DNA of 44,061 nucleotides from Octopus bimaculoides. Lineage: Eukaryota. This document shows, piece by piece, positions 1 through 11,700 of this stretch. Numbering within the stretch: the first letter of the stretch is position 1; the number at the start of each line of letters is the position of its first letter. The notes beneath the pieces are model-generated. The model was given only the letters and a program-made list of their open reading frames with translations, had not been told where the DNA came from and did not search any database. A program made the position numbers and the translations under genes. The stretch is taken from the NCBI RefSeq assembly GCF_001194135.2, contig NC_068988.1, positions 80,291,330 through 80,335,390 on the forward strand, in the 5' to 3' direction.

Positions 1-79
1 TATATATATATAGGCATATACATAGACAGTATACATGTATATATCAATAATATTCAAAGAAGTAAATAGCAAAACCTAC

Positions 80-379
80 CAGCAAGAATGTTTTCTATTT
101 CTTCCACCCATTTCTTACATAGTTCTTTGCAGGGATTGGAAAATACAAAGCTCTTCTCCAATAGTTTATTTCCGGATTGTTCTTCGTAAGTAAGAATAGA
201 AATGCCTATACAGAGACCTTGTCCTTCAGCCAGGTCTTTTGACCGTCGGTGTATAATACGAGCACCGTACATATTTTTAAATTCAACACAACCGTCATTA
301 GACAGAGAATCTAGACTCGATAATTTGGTTCGTTTAAGCATTGCATTGAAGAAAGTGGACTTTTGACGACTGGAGCCAT
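80..379 (-). CDS. CERKL: Ceramide kinase-like protein, second coding exon (rest of the PH-like domain, ending KWVEEIENILA-G)
   Basis: 300-nt phase 1-1 exon with acceptor attttattttcag|AT and donor CTTGCTG|GTAGGT. VEFKNMYGARIIHRR...LCIGISIL...NKLLEKSFVFSNPCKELCKKWVEEIENILAG aligns by eye to human CERKL IELKDIFSVKLKRR...LLGITLF...[31 protein letters not shown] (recalled). The gene continues left of the window. Confidence 0.9.
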
Positions 380-987
380 CTGAAAATAAAATTAATACAG
401 AGAGTTTTTAACAGAGCTAATTATCATACATTGGTAATTAATATAACATAATTGGTGAAGTAACAGCAGAAAGGTAAGTTAGTAGAAAACCAAGTCAAGG
501 AGAGTATAGCTATTTATAATTGGCCCTTACTTTCTGTGGTCATGTAATCTTCTAGAAACAGGAGTCAGATTACATTCTATTGTCTTTAAAAGGAAGATTA
601 TGTCAGATAATGCTGTCTCTTATAAGAAAACAGAATAGTCATGGCTAGAATGTTCTGGATCACAGGTTTTCTGATTAGAGATGGGCTGAGATTAAGTAAC
701 AGCAACAGCAACAACAACTAGTGGTAGAGGCTTAAAAAACATTTGGTAATATCTAACTGAATATTGATACTTTACTTAGGCACAAGGCTAATACCATTGG
801 AGGTAAGAGGTTAGAATAAATCACTTCAACTGGTTACTACTTTCATTACTTTGGTTGTACAAGGTTTGAACTTGCAATCAAGAGAAATACAGATGTATTA
901 ATGAATTAAGTCCACTACATCAACTAACAATAAAACTAACTACTCAAGTATTCTTGTCATAGATTTACGTCTTCTAGCATTTCTGGA

Positions 988-988
<1 letters not shown>

Positions 989-1051
<63 letters not shown>

Positions 1052-1105
1052 GTGATGATGATGATGATGATGATGATGATAATGATGATAATAATAATAA
1101 TAATG

Positions 1106-1147
<42 letters not shown>
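989..1147. repeat. Compound (AAT)n/(GAT)n microsatellite
   Basis: Directly visible; it produces the spurious poly-Y/H ORF 974-1330. Confidence 0.97.
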
Positions 1148-1148
<1 letters not shown>

Positions 1149-1690
1149 CAGGCAGTGGCTTGCATGGCTTTTGATTTTAACTGATTGGAAAAGATATCAT
1201 GTATATGTTGTCTTGGTATAAAAGATTGGCTACAGCAAATATTCTGCTCAATATCACAGATATATAAGGTCAGTTGCTTGACCTTAACCAGTTGAGCATG
1301 TCCCTTAGTGGCTGATGATATGTGCATCACTGATCATGAGCAAAAGTAGTGGGGAAGGATTATAGCCATGTGTTGAGAGGAATTCTTTGGGTTTGAATAA
1401 TTCACCTCTGGAAACATGAATGTTTCATTCATCATCTCTAAACAAACCTTATTCAGGGACCTTTTAGAGTGGGATGGGTTACTTGACCTGAAGAAAATTC
1501 TAATTGGGCCACACCTGCAAGGCCATGCACTGTTTATCTTGATATGAGATAACTATTTCGTGCATATATGGTTGTGATGCATTGTTCCTGGTGTACCCTT
1601 ATCAGACAGGTAGTCATGATAGGAATATTGGGCTTCATATATTTGTCCCCCAGTGTCACTTCGATGGCATACACTGCTCTCTCACTCAAT
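1148..1690. mobile_element. Non-coding interspersed repeat flanked by AAT repeats; partial second copy at about 2818-2960
   Basis: The start (ggcagtg..ctt/ctcatggcttttgat...acagcaaatattctgctcaata) recurs at about 2818-2960, also right after a trinucleotide tract. The right end runs into aatcataataataat. Confidence 0.6.
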
Positions 1691-1719
1691 CATAATAATA
1701 ATCCTTTTTACTATAAGCA

Positions 1720-1898
1720 CACCACCTGTAATTTGGGGGAGGGGGCTAGTGGATTATATTGACCCCCAGTACTTGGCTGACATTTTTTTTTATCACTCAC
1801 AAAAGAAGGAAAAGCAAAGTCAGTTTTGATGGAATTAAAACTCTGAATGTAAAAGCAAATGGAATGCCATTAAGCAAGCAAGTTGTGCAGCTGCTAAC
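1720..1898 (-). mobile_element. tRNA-derived SINE fragment, interrupted by the MITE and resuming at 2497-2512
   Basis: Matches the copy at 7214-7412 (aagtc..c.tggcgggatttgaactc...gctaacaattctgcca). The ctaacaattctgcca junction is split by the MITE. Confidence 0.6.
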
Positions 1899-2496
1899 GG
1901 ATCTTTTTTAAAACGGGGGCCACATTTTTCATTAATGTTTTACGTAGTGTTTTTGGTACCGAAAGACTTTCAAACTTCGTATACTTATCTATTTTGTGTT
2001 ATAGAACAGAAAAATATTTTTGTATTCGAATTTATTTCATGTAAAAAATTGTCTTATTTCGATAATTTCAACCAATCACTGACAAGTATTCAGTTGTTTA
2101 CATTTACTCCTTTGGATGATTAAGCGATGTAAAGCGTATTTAATCTCCATACCTTCGTTTTATTTGCTTTTTTCATTTTAAATTTGCTTTAACCCTAACC
2201 CTAACCCTAACCCTAGGGTTAGGGTTAGGGTTAGAGTTAGGTTTAGGGTTAGGATTAATTGTTTCAGAATCGTTTGTTTATGTAGTCGGCACTTAATGTA
2301 TATCGGCTGAATGGACGTCAGTGATTGGTTGAAATTACAGAAATACGACAACTTTAACATGGAATAATTTATGGATTTCTTTTTTTTTTAAGAAGACTAA
2401 GAGAAAAAGATGTTTTATATGACACATTCTACCAGTGTTCCAAGTTTCAAAGTGTTTCGTTAATGAAAAATGTGGCCCCCGTTTTAAAAAAGATCC
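1899..2496. mobile_element. MITE with 37-bp perfect TIRs and 8-bp TSD (Merlin-like or other 8-bp-TSD superfamily)
   Basis: TIR GGATCTTTTTTAAAACGGGGGCCACATTTTTCATTAA at both ends. TSD CTGCTAAC at 1891-1898 and 2497-2504. No ORF. 5'-GG termini with an 8-bp TSD fit Merlin; the superfamily call is inference. Confidence 0.88.
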
Positions 2497-2639
2497 CTGC
2501 TAACAATTCTGCCAAAATAATAATGGTTTCAAATTTTGGCACAAGGTCAGTAAGTTTGAGGGCTGGGTGAAAGTTGATTACATCGACTCCAGTGCTCAGC
2601 TGGTACTTGGCAGAATTTCAAATCAGAATGTAAAAATAG

Positions 2640-2817
2640 ACAAAAGGCTCCTAGTAAAGTAGTTGGTATTAGGAAAGGCATCCAGGTGTAGTAACGATGC
2701 CAAAGCAGGTAACTGGAGCTTAGTGCTGCTCTCCAACTTTCCAGATCCAGTCAAACTGTCTAACCCATACCAACATGAAAACAGATACTAAATGATGATG
2801 ATGATGATGATGATGAT
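2640..2817 (+). mobile_element. RTE-type 3' tail fragment ending in (GAT)n
   Basis: attaggaaaggcatccag...aacccataccaacatgaaaacagatactaaatgatgatgatg resembles an RTE/RTE-SINE 3' end. A similar sequence occurs inverted at about 9485-9570. Confidence 0.5.
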
Positions 2818-3084
2818 TAGGCAGTGACTCTCATGGCTTTTGATCTTAACTGAATGGAAGTACTGCTACGTACATGGTATAAAAATGGGTTACAGCAAAT
2901 ATTCTGCTCAATACCACAGATTTGCTAGCCAGTTGCTTGACCATAACTGGCTGAGCATATCTGTCTTTATGTTCTTAGTTGAAATTCCATGAGGTCAAGT
3001 TTATACCTGTGTAATTATTTCTGTCTAAGGTGCCACCTTTATCTTTGTAGCAATTAACTATAATGTTGCTACACCAGTCATTGA

Positions 3085-3925
3085 ATATGTCTCTCACAGG
3101 ACAGCCTGATTAACTATATAGGTGACTAGGCCACATCCTACTCCACCAGATATTTTAAGCATCTCAGCAGTGATTCTTGATGAATCACAAGCTTTTCCTG
3201 TCTCCATAACTTTAATTGCTTTATCTACCAAGCTACTGTGGAGGCGCAATGGCCCAGTGGTTAGGGCAGCGGACTTGTGGTCATAGGATCGTGGTTTCGA
3301 TTCCCAGACTAGGCGTTTTGAGTGTTTATTGAGTGAAAACACCTAAAGTTCCACAAGGCTTCGGCAGGGGATGGTGGCGAACTCTGCTGTATTCTTTCAC
3401 CACAACTTTCTCTCACTTTATCTTCCTGTTTCTGTTGTACCTGTATTTCAAAGGGCCAGCCTTGTCACACTCTGTGTCACGCTGAATATCCCTGAGAACT
3501 AAGTTAAGGGTACACGTGTCTGTGGAGTGCTCAGCTACATGCACGTTAATTTCACGAGCAGGCTGTTCCATTGATCGGATCAACTGGAACCCTCGATGTC
3601 GTAAGCAACGGAGTGCCAACAACCAAGCTACTGTCTATTCAGATAGCTGGATCCTCTGTTGAGGTCACATTAGGCACTCTCCTTTTCCCATACACTCTCT
3701 ACATTTGGCAGCCTTTCTTAGTGGCACTTTCAAGCCTCTTTCTTTGCAAAATCACTAATTGCAAGGGAACTATTATCAGTGTGAATGCACTTCTCTCCTC
3801 CATCATGATTTTCTCTGACACACTGTCTTATAATCCAAAATACTTCAATCCATTTTTCCTCACACCACGGAACATTGACGAACTTCTTCCTTTCTGCTTC
3901 TCCCTTAGCTTAACATAGATGTCTC
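3085..3925 (-). mobile_element. Degenerate RTE-clade LINE ORF fragment, interrupted by a SINE
   Basis: Minus-strand VFWIIRQCVREN...AKKEA...ERLPNVESVWEKE, then after the SINE SLVDKAIKVMETGKA..S.ITAEMLK (a degenerate pre-RT KAxGPxG motif). Multiple stops. Confidence 0.7.
3240..3621 (+). mobile_element. Full-length tRNA-derived SINE with 13-bp TSD
   Basis: A-box-like TGGCCCAGTGGTTAGG, B-box-like GGTTTCGATTCCC, and a short (AAC) tail. TSD ACCAAGCTACTGT at 3227-3239 and 3622-3634. Confidence 0.9.
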
Positions 3926-4158
3926 CCAGCTGCCCTTCTAGCCACCTGATATAAAGCCAGCAATTTGAGTGAATGGCAATAGTCATTACCATTGGCTTCT
4001 GTACTTGACTGGTACAGTCCCTTTGGTAGTTGATAAAATAAAGTAAGACTTAAACTCAGAAGATAAAGAGCTAGAAGAAACAGAACAAAGCAATTATTCT
4101 GACAGATTTCTGCCAGCTTGCGACCCTGGCAATAATAATATTATTATTTTTAATAATA

Positions 4159-4203
<45 letters not shown>

Positions 4204-4205
<2 letters not shown>

Positions 4206-4573
4206 TGATGTATCAATACCAGCAGATGACAACGTTTCTCTAAAAGAAATGGAAAAACTTTCAAAATACAAAGACCTGGAAATAGAGGTAACTCGAATGT
4301 GGAATCTAAAAACAGAAACAATTCCTATCATAGTAGGTGTCTTAGGTATAATAAAAAAATATTCAGACAAATACATAACAAAAACACCAGGACTTACAAA
4401 TATATATAACATACAGAAAATTGCACTACTGGGTACTGCACACATTCTACGCAAAACACTTTCAATACAGTAAACATAAGAGCACCACAGCAATCCACAG
4501 CACATACCCAAGGCGCACAGAGCTGCGCTCGGTAGTGAAGTGAAAGCACGTTATAAAAATAAAACTACTGAAC
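4204..4573 (+). mobile_element. 5'-truncated R4/Dong-type non-LTR retrotransposon (RLE C-terminus plus 3' UTR) in a (TAA)n tract
   Basis: Open frame IDVSIPADDNVSLKEMEKLSKYKDLEIEVTRMWNLKTETIPIIVGVLG...QKIALLGTAHILRKTL contains restriction-like endonuclease motifs. (AAT)n flanks both sides. Confidence 0.85.
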
Positions 4574-4597
4574 AATAATAATAATAATAATAATAAT

Positions 4598-7198
4598 GAC
4601 AGAACATTGATGGAAAGAAAAGGAAATGAACAACCTTGGTGAAAAAGAAGACTATCTGAAGAGATAAGTTCCCTGAACAGTGGAATGTCAATACTTGACA
4701 GTAAAAGAAAAGGAGAATTGAAGAATTATTGCAAATTTGAAAAATTGAAGAAGTATGGTGTTGATATGAAAGGACTGAATGTTGTAATTGAAGAACTAAA
4801 GCAGTGCATACTTGCCAAGAAAGCATAGCTAACCAGGTTTGAACAATGGATTAAACAATACCAGCAAAGCTGATTGTTTAGAATCGACCAAAAAAGATTT
4901 TATGAAGAAATTAATGATGATATAGAATGCAAAAGATTAATTTCTGATGTTGATGGAAGTCGACAGTTTTGGAGTAAGATATGGAGTAAACAAAAACAAC
5001 ACAATACTGAATGGCTCTGCAGCCTGAAGCAAATAGCTTTTTATCCCCAGTAAGAAGCTATCCTCTTTACCAAAGATAGTATCAGAAATATGAGCAAAAA
5101 GATGAGCAGCTGGAAAGCAGCAGGTCCTAACTGTGTACAGAGATTTTGGATAAAGAAGTTCAGTAGGTGCCATAAATTGATTTCAGAGCAGTTTAATGAA
5201 TTGATTGATGGAGAAGAAGAAATCCCAGGGTGGTTGACCAAAGGACAACCAGTGTTGTGCCTGAAGGATTATCAAATGGAAATGGTGCTCACAATTACAG
5301 GTCAATTTCTTGCCTGTCATTAATGTGGAAGTTATTGTCAGGAGTGATTGCAGAAGATATGTACAAATTTCTTGATAATGACATTTTACCAATGGAACAA
5401 AGAGGATGTTGGAGGAGATGCACGTATACTAAAAACCAACTATTGATAGATAAAATGATAATGTAAGATTGTCAGCAAAGGGGGACAAATTTTGGGGAAT
5501 GGCCTGGATTGACTACCACAACGCTTACGATATGATTCCCCATTCATGAATCATTGAATGCTTAAATTTGTTTGGAATTGCAAGGAATGTAATATGTTTT
5601 CTGAAGAGAAGTATGGTGGGTTGGAAAGCTGAGTTGACATCATACAGTCAAAGCTTGGGCATCCTGGGCATCAGGAGAGAAATTTTTCAATGAGATAGCT
5701 TATTTCCAATGCCTTTTGTTCTTTGCATGATCCCTTTCACCTTGGTGCTGAGAAAAGTGAACCTAGGATATCAGTTAAAGAGAAAAGCTCAAAGAATCAA
5801 CCTCTTCTTCATGAATGATTTGAAACTGTATGACAAGATGAGGTATAAGTCCATTGTTTTAGTACTGATATTAAAATGGAATTTGGACTCAAGAAGTGTG
5901 ATATAATGACCCTGTAAAGAGGCCAGGTACAGTCCCTGGCAGGGATAGAATTATCAAAGAGAGAAGTGATGAAACAAATTGAAAAGGAAGGCCATAAATA
6001 CTCTGGAATACTAGAGTTCCATAAAATCATGGTGAAGGAAATGAAAGAACAGCTGAAGAAAGAATATTTCCAAAGACTAAGATTGATATTGCACTCAAAA
6101 TTGACTGGATGGAATAAAAACCAAGAAGTAAACACATGGGCAATAGAAACACTTTGGTATGGAACTGAAATTATAAACTGGCAAAAGAAAGAACTGATGA
6201 GCAAGGATGTGAACACCAGAAAATATTGACAGTGCATGGAGCATTCCATCCCAAGAGTGACACTGTTAGGTTATACCTGTCCAGAAGAAAAGGTGGGAGA
6301 GATTTGATCATTTGCCAGGATTGTGTGAAGCAGAGGAAAGAACTAAGGGCAGTCTGTAAAAGATGCCCTAGAACCATTGCTGAAACATGAAGATGTCTAG
6401 CATTATTAAAATTGATAATTATGTAAAGACAGGAAAACCTGAAGAGGAAAAGAACCCCCCAAAAGAAGTAGCATGGAAAGAAGGAAAAAAATACAGTCAA
6501 TTTGCAAGAGATAGGAATGCTAAGACAGATACAGAAGACCAGTGGTTATGGATGAAAAAGAGTGACCTGAAGGTAGAGACAAAGGCATTTATATGCATGG
6601 CATAAGAACAAGGACTAATGACAAACTATGTGAAGTGCAGAATTGGCAACACAGCTGAGAGTAACAAATATAGAATGTGTGTTGAGAGGGATGAAGCAAT
6701 ATGGTACACTGTCAGTGAATCCCTGAAATTAGCACAACGCAAATACAAAAGATATGACAATGTGGCAAGAATGATCTATTGGAAGCACTGTGAAAATTAC
6801 AAAGAGCAAAAGCATGGCATGACCAAATCCCAGAAGGAGTTGCTGAGAATGAAGACAACAAAATGCTGTAGGATGCACTGATTCAGTGTAACCATCAGAT
6901 TAGACATCAGAAGCCTGACAGTGTTGTGGTGAACAAAAAGGGAAAACACTTGCATGATAATCAACATAGCATGTCTCATTGACAACAAGAGTAAAGAGAA
7001 AGAAGAAGAAAGAGTGAAGAACTACAATGATTTGAAGAGGGAAAAAAACAGGTTGTGGAAAATGAAGAGAGTGGATGTTACACCAATAGTAATTGGCACA
7101 CTTGGGAGTATCAGCATCCAACTACCAGCATGGCTCAAAAAGAGAGGTGCAAATTTAAAGACTGAACACCTACAAAAATCATCATTGCTTGGAACTGC
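4598..7198 (+). mobile_element. Decayed R4/Dong-type non-LTR retrotransposon (RT, degenerate CCHC and RLE)
   Basis: Ordered motifs across frameshifts: [144 protein letters not shown]. Bounded by (AAT)n at 4574-4597 and 7199-7213. Many stops. Confidence 0.9.
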
Positions 7199-7213
7199 AA
7201 TAATAATAATAAT

Positions 7214-7412
7214 CCTTTCTATTACAGGCACAAAGCCTGAAATTTTGGGGAGCAGATAGTCTATTACATCAACTCCAGTGTTACTTACACTGGTACTTAA
7301 TTTATCAACTCCAAAAGGCAAAGTCAACCTTGGCGGGATTTGAACTCAAAACATAAAGATGACGGAATGCCACAAAGCATTTTGCCTGGCAAGCTAACAA
7401 TTCTGCCAGCTA
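7214..7412 (-). mobile_element. tRNA-derived SINE
   Basis: Reverse complement begins GCTGGCAGAATTGTTAGC and has a B-box-like GAGTTCAAATCC. Related copies at about 1720-1898, 2523-2630, 32460-32560 and 34885-35060. Confidence 0.7.
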
Positions 7413-8143
7413 GTAACAACAACAACAACAATGGCAGCAACAACAACTGTCAATGTGTTCTTGCTTTAGACAGCAGTTAAATACCTGCTATAGATAGCAG
7501 CTAAATATTTCTCAACTTGCTCATTGGTGTCTTAGAATGAAGAACACCTAGGATAGCCATGAAAGCAACAAAAAAGGCAGTATGGGTATGGTCAGAATAC
7601 CTTTGATTTTAGGTCTACTAGTTCAGGATATACTTGACAACCCAACAACAATAACTATCGTATGTCATGTCCTGTCAGGTTTTGTTTGTTAGTGTAAAAA
7701 CAAAGTTGTCTTCCCATCAAATATGAAGAAGACACTGCAATTCAGTGGAATCAACTACAAGTAAGAGAAGAAAGAGAATTAAGAATAATTTCAATTCTAA
7801 ACCAACATATCTAAACACCTAGTTGTGCTTTCATTATAAACACAATACTTACTGCTGTAGCATTTCTTTAAATATATTTAATATATTTTTATATTTGTTT
7901 TTGTTTTAATTTTTGTGTTTGGTTGTTGTTATTTACTTTTTGTTTGGAATCCTGTTATATTGGCAGCAAGTTGAAGACATCTTTAAGAGAAGTCTCTCAA
8001 TTTATCTGAAATAAATGGTAAATCACGTTATATATAGAAAATATAGAGGTGGGAGGCCAATATAACCTGACAAGTGATAGTAAGACTTGTCATAGAACCA
8101 TAAAACTGCCAACACAACTCTACAAGAGATTATGAGAGGAAGT

Positions 8144-8647
8144 CGGTGGTGGTGGTGGTGGTGGTGGTGGTGGCGGCGGCAGTAGTGGGTGGTGAGAGGT
8201 GTTTGGTTTTGTGTGTAGGTGTGGGGGGTTCACATGTGTAGGTGTGTGGGCATGCGTAGGTGTGTGTGTGTGCATGCGTAGGTGTGTTGGTAGGTGTGTG
8301 TGTAGGTGTGCATGCTGTGTGAAAGTATACATGATGTGTGTGTGAGCATGGATGTATTGTTGTGTGTATGTGTTTAAGGAATATATCATGTGTGTGTTTG
8401 TTTGTGTGTGTGTGTGTATATGTGTGTATGAGAAGGTGATGTGACAGTGACTGTGTGTATTGTGCGTGTGTGTGTTAATGCGTAGATCTCTCTCTTTCTC
8501 GTATATTTAACATTTGCTTATTTGCATGTGTAGATACACACACACACACACACACACATACTCAAACACACATGCACATACATACACACACATTTCTTTC
8601 TTCTAAAGTATAAATAGTTGAATGTGTGTGTGTATGCGTGTGCATGC

Positions 8648-8680
<33 letters not shown>
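8144..8680. repeat. (GGT)n, (GT)n/(CA)n and degenerate GT-rich simple repeats
   Basis: Directly visible; source of the HT/CV-rich spurious ORFs. Confidence 0.9.
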
Positions 8681-8684
<4 letters not shown>

Positions 8685-10319
8685 CATTCCGACATAAATA
8701 TTTACAAACACCCAAATATTTACAGATACACAAAGATAAAATTTGTTACACACAATCATGTGTATAATTTAATTAGTTTTTATGAAGAAATATATGTATC
8801 TTTAGCATTACTCTGAACTAATCCTGTTGTTAAAACCTATTGTGAGAACATACATAGCTAGCAACTAAGATATCATGATTTCAGTCTAATTAACTCTTTT
8901 CTTTCAACTTCTGAGCAATGAAAAAATCACGATTTCTTAGACTATGTCTACAACAGTTGATATATGATAGCAGAAAGTTGATAATTCTCTATCAGTTCCT
9001 TCAGTTTTTAGACTGTATGTTTTCACTAGAGATATATTTATATTTATACACACACATGCAAAAGTAATTAATTCAGTATGCAGTATAACATGTTACACAA
9101 TGTTTCTTTTACACTTATTGTCAATATACATCAACACATGATTTATTAGAGAAATAGAAATAGAAGTAGTTTGACTATTCTTTATTCATGTTGTTTCATA
9201 TTTAGTTCCTCTACTTTATATTCTGAGTTCAAATCTTTCAGCACAAAAAATAAAGTTCAAAATGTGTTCATTATTTTTTAGCAAGATAAAATACATATCT
9301 TATGCTTTTAGAATTTATTAGCATATACATGTGTGTGTGTCAACTCTTCTGTTTTTAATCATTTGAAGTCTTTCTATAAGGAAGGAACTGGTTTGGAACA
9401 AAGGCACAAAGCTCCACTGTTGGAATGTAGATAACAAAAATGTTACATTTCGAACTTGAGGAATGTCTTGCATGTTTTTATTCATGCATGTATCATCATC
9501 ATCAACATCATCATCATTTAATGTCCATGTTGCATGCTGGCATGGGCTGGATGGCTTGACAAGTCATGAGTTCCGAGATTGCATCCTGCTCCAATGTCTG
9601 ATTTTTTACTATCAACCAATTTACAGCATGTACTGGGTGCTTTTTTTTTGTGCCACCTGCACTATTGGGGTTACCATTTAGCTCACAGAACTACAAATTC
9701 TTGGGTGGGGGAAAGTTTCATGCAAGTGACAAAGATTAAACTTTGAGAAGAGTGGGGATCAGGGCAGGTTCTTGTAGAATATTTGCATGCCTGCTCACAT
9801 GTAGTAAGGAAGCGGGAGGGAGAAAAAAGATAATGCAAAGAAATAGATATTGGTGATGAAGAACCTTATTGGGCTCACAAAGCTCAAGGTAAATAGAAGT
9901 GGGTGGGTGGGGGTGTGGTTTGCACAATTCTATGGGGAGCAGAAGGTGAGGGGATGGGGAGACAGACTGTAAATTTAGAGTAGAGTTTAATGGTGGATGA
10001 ACAATGAGCCATGAGTTGGGAAAGAAATAGGGATGCTGCAGAGAGCTGGGGTGGTGAGTGGCAGGATAGCAATAATGATACAGTTGACTGGGGAAGAACA
10101 AGAGGGAGAGATGACATGGTTGGGTAGTCTGCAAGAGGTGAGTGGGGAGAAGGCAGGTGTAGTGTGTGATGGGAGGAAAGTTGGCTCAGGGGTAGAAGGT
10201 GAGTCACGGTAACTTGGGTGGAGAGCACAATATACGATATGCAAAGTGTATCCAGAACTTAGTTTTATTGATGATGGTGGGTCTTTATGAGAACTTCATA
10301 TTACCAAAGATTCTAGGTC

Positions 10320-11700
10320 TTTTTCGTCTTTTCTATTAGGCTCAGGGTCTCATGGTCAGCCTATGCCTTCCTGGGTTTTTCTTCTCCAAATTCCAGCCAC
10401 ATTAAGCGATTAGCACTTTTTTTATACAGCTCTCTTCAACCAGACACATTACTTGTCCATACCAGCACAGTCTTTTTCTTATATACAGCATCTGATTCCT
10501 CTGGAGCCCAGTTTTTCACTCAGCAATTTTGTACTTACATGAAACATCCAACGGAGTATGATTACTTCATTTCTTGCCAGTCTTCTCAAGTTTTCTGCAT
10601 TCAAGGCCAATGTCTCCCTACCATGTAGCATTGCAGTTCTAACACAAACATCATACAATCTGCCCTTCCTTCATGCTAAGGAAAAAGATCTTTGTTATCA
10701 GCAATGGTCGTAGCTCCCTGAACTTTCTCTAGCCAGGCCTTACTCAAGCTACTATAGTTTCGTAGCAACAACTTCCTTTGCAAATTACATCTCTGAGGTA
10801 ACAAAAGCTATGAACTGTTTCTAGCAAGTTGTCGGGGAATTTAAGAAAATCAGTTTCTAGTGTAATCTAATGTACCACTCCAACAGTGCTTCTATCACAT
10901 ATGAAGCTTACATTCTGAGATAGTCTGCCATTGATTCCACTATATTTCCTGAGTGTCCATAGCACATGCTGCACAACAAGTACAATGTATGGAATTTATA
11001 CCTACTCTTTTTCTACATTTCAAGCAAGGCTATTTTTCTGAAGGTACAAGGGTCATGCATTTTTTCCAGCTAACTAAAACTTTTGTCTTTGCTAGTTTAC
11101 CTGAAGGCCTTGCAATTCCAGGTTTAGCTTCCATGCCTGGAATTTCTACTCTAATTCAATTATAGATTCAGCTATGAGGACTAATCACCAGCATATAGGA
11201 GTCCCTATGGACAGCTAGTCTTAAACTCTGCTAAGATAGCTTGTAGGACTCTGATGAATACGAGAAGAATGAGGTAGACTTCTACTTGTATTCTAAATCC
11301 TTTATTGAAGTCATTGCCAACTCTCACTTTACTTACTGCATCCTTGTACATAGCTTGTGCCACTCACACAAGCCATTCATCTACAACAATTTTCCTATGT
11401 GATCCCCAGATTACTGAGCATGGTACCCCATCAAATGTTTTCTCCAAATCAATGACAATCAGGAATAGCATTAGGTTCTTATCCTCATAAGAAAATTGCA
11501 TCTGTGGTAACTCTTCTAGGGACAAAGCCAAGCTGCTTCTCATTCAGGTTTACTCTATCATAGATCAGTTGGATAATGACTTCTTCTGTGATGCTCATAA
11601 CCTAGTCAAGTAGTTTGATGTCTCCATAGTTGCTTCTCTTTAAGGCATAACCTTTGCTCTTGGAGCAATTTACAATGTGACACCTTCCCAAATGACTTGG
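10320..11700 (-). mobile_element. Decayed RTE-clade LINE reverse transcriptase fragment
   Basis: Minus strand, in order: ALKRSNYGDIKLLD, VIDLEKTFDGVPCSVIW, a degenerate PWELLYADD region (TPICW..LVLIAES), KGRLYDVCVRTAMLHGRET, LRRLARNEVIILRWM. Frameshifted with stops. Confidence 0.8.

Noticed and set aside
974-1330. 118-aa ORF with poly-Tyr/poly-His
   Set aside because: Translation of the (AAT)n/(GAT)n microsatellite plus repeat sequence; not a gene.
3240-3315. tRNA-like A/B boxes
   Set aside because: They form the head of a 380-bp SINE with a TSD; no cloverleaf or acceptor stem of a real tRNA gene.
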